Shown here piece after piece: positions 63,801 to 64,000 of a DNA stretch of 64,000 nucleotides. The notes beneath the pieces were generated by a model. The model was not told the origin of the DNA, ran no database searches, and worked only from the letters and a program-made list of their open reading frames with translations. The stretch's first letter is position 1. Each line of letters starts with the position of its first letter. The translations under genes and the position numbers were made by a program. The DNA comes from Macrostomum hystrix (Eukaryota > Animalia > Platyhelminthes): contig CATNEN010000003.1 of the NCBI GenBank assembly GCA_950097015.1, positions 4,526,001 to 4,590,000 of the forward strand, given 5' to 3'.

Positions 63801-64000
63801 CTCCATGCTCCAGGTCCTTCTAGTGCACCGTTCCCACCGTTTTGCCATTTCATCTGATCTAAAGGCTGCCTTTTATCAGATCGGCGTCCACAAGCCACAA
63901 CGCGACGCCCTCCGCATCATCCTCCCAAAGGACATCACCAAACCGCTCCTTCAGGGCAATTACGAGGTCTGGCGCTTTACTCGAATTGTCATGGGGGCAT
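60878..64000 (+). mobile_element. BEL/Pao LTR retrotransposon, apparently intact, running off the window
   Basis: LTR 60878-61185 (TGTCG...CGACA, internal AATAAA) followed by PBS TGGTAGCAGAGC. Confidence 0.93.
61225..64000 (+). CDS. BEL/Pao gag-pol polyprotein, 3'-truncated by the window
   Basis: Frame-1 ORF from ATG 61225 with no stop seen. LPTFDG..FWDTF (DUF1759), three knuckles ending CRECEAPHHTTLH, protease LIDTG, RT LPHFPV..KIRPVVDAS..SDLKAAFYQI. Confidence 0.9.
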   Translation, partial: MVITRSMDAGDTTSTSATATALAHTMPPTPTAVAATAGTSSGAPTGPVASLTPTLTTATTSPGPTGYPQQLSATPTAPVTAATLTPTTPGIDVNALIASMTAMMQQNQQLIQQLAAAVHPTATAEPAAPPTSQAGDPAGLIRSTILKSVQLPTFDGADPAAFPSFWDTFRYRVDRSSLNDVDKFEALRGLLSGSALRKLGALDACQPNAYAEACRVLKANYADTQEQKNAAFQRLLALHCSSASDLEELEEFADALRLATGQLLRLGELDCTLNGYVYALWSRLPPDFQSEIRNVRASNGQPLIPTMAELQDHLDRKRKTLRAASATVPAVPYASAALLGDTACRPTPARSERRPTTVPRAEPAHRTTTTPRPTAVSTPIAGPQHWRSSKNCLYCDGSDHVAMSCNKVRKPDDRLKIVRQKNLCRNCLRRHHTKDCRDNRRCRECEAPHHTTLHGATFESTITENRSPNPRNNAHLNAARDADSKEANSLVSAAADGGLVPTIMATLRAKAVNPKDGRAIDCNILIDTGCSYSHLDGAVARKLGLKAARKLTIATSTFHTESRRHVTADLVNFDLQAPDGRRWPITALASEQLAAPIYMPAVNLPKDVINTLKSVPNGVCNLPPAHDRDVSLDLILGGDVNQLLIGPAVPALALRPTLTAYLTPFGAILNGSLGTTNSRVNGLLGSSQALVANTYLNDNGLRLEQLLDSMSNLEALGIDKDAGKPCMQDDASRRLLATASRDPEGRIFVDLPFKPGAELLPSNFGQAFGRAQATHRRLSLPEREAYYAEFEKRKEEGVLELVTTDQPAGPVVHVLPHFPVFKESSSTTKIRPVVDASAKTSLAGTALNDLLDTGPNILTSMLQVLLVHRSHRFAISSDLKAAFYQIGVHKPQRDALRIILPKDITKPLLQGNYEVWRFTRIVMGA

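Noticed and set aside
61164-63848. Numerous short ORFs listed over the BEL element
   Set aside because: Alternative-frame or antisense shadows of the frame-1 gag-pol ORF.

Overview
Eukaryotic, intron-containing, repeat-rich animal DNA, not prokaryotic. The WSC/PAN/C-type-lectin gene set and the repeat landscape suggest a free-living flatworm such as Macrostomum (inference only). Genes reconstructed by hand with phase-consistent GT-AG introns: the 3' part of an intronless ZNFX1-like helicase / NF-X1 zinc-finger protein ending in a PARP catalytic domain with an intact H-Y-E triad; a SANTA-domain (KNL2/M18BP1-like) exon; a small single-pass membrane protein; eIF4H; a secreted PAN + C-type lectin; LITAF; a 6-exon CUB-like/C-type-lectin membrane protein with a Gypsy element in intron 4; a paralogous CUB-like membrane protein with a coding 24-bp VNTR; a WSC+PAN secreted protein and a duplicated copy. 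Mobile DNA: a decayed Gypsy element, an apparently intact BEL/Pao element, a Tc1/IS630-like element enclosing a THAP/P-element remnant, LINE fragments, at least three tRNA-derived SINE families and MITEs. About nine minisatellite arrays cover roughly 10 kb. No CRISPR array. Best novelty candidates are the ZNFX1-PARP fusion, a covarying 3' stem-loop shared by a LINE and a SINE family, the CUB receptor pair and the composite DNA transposon.
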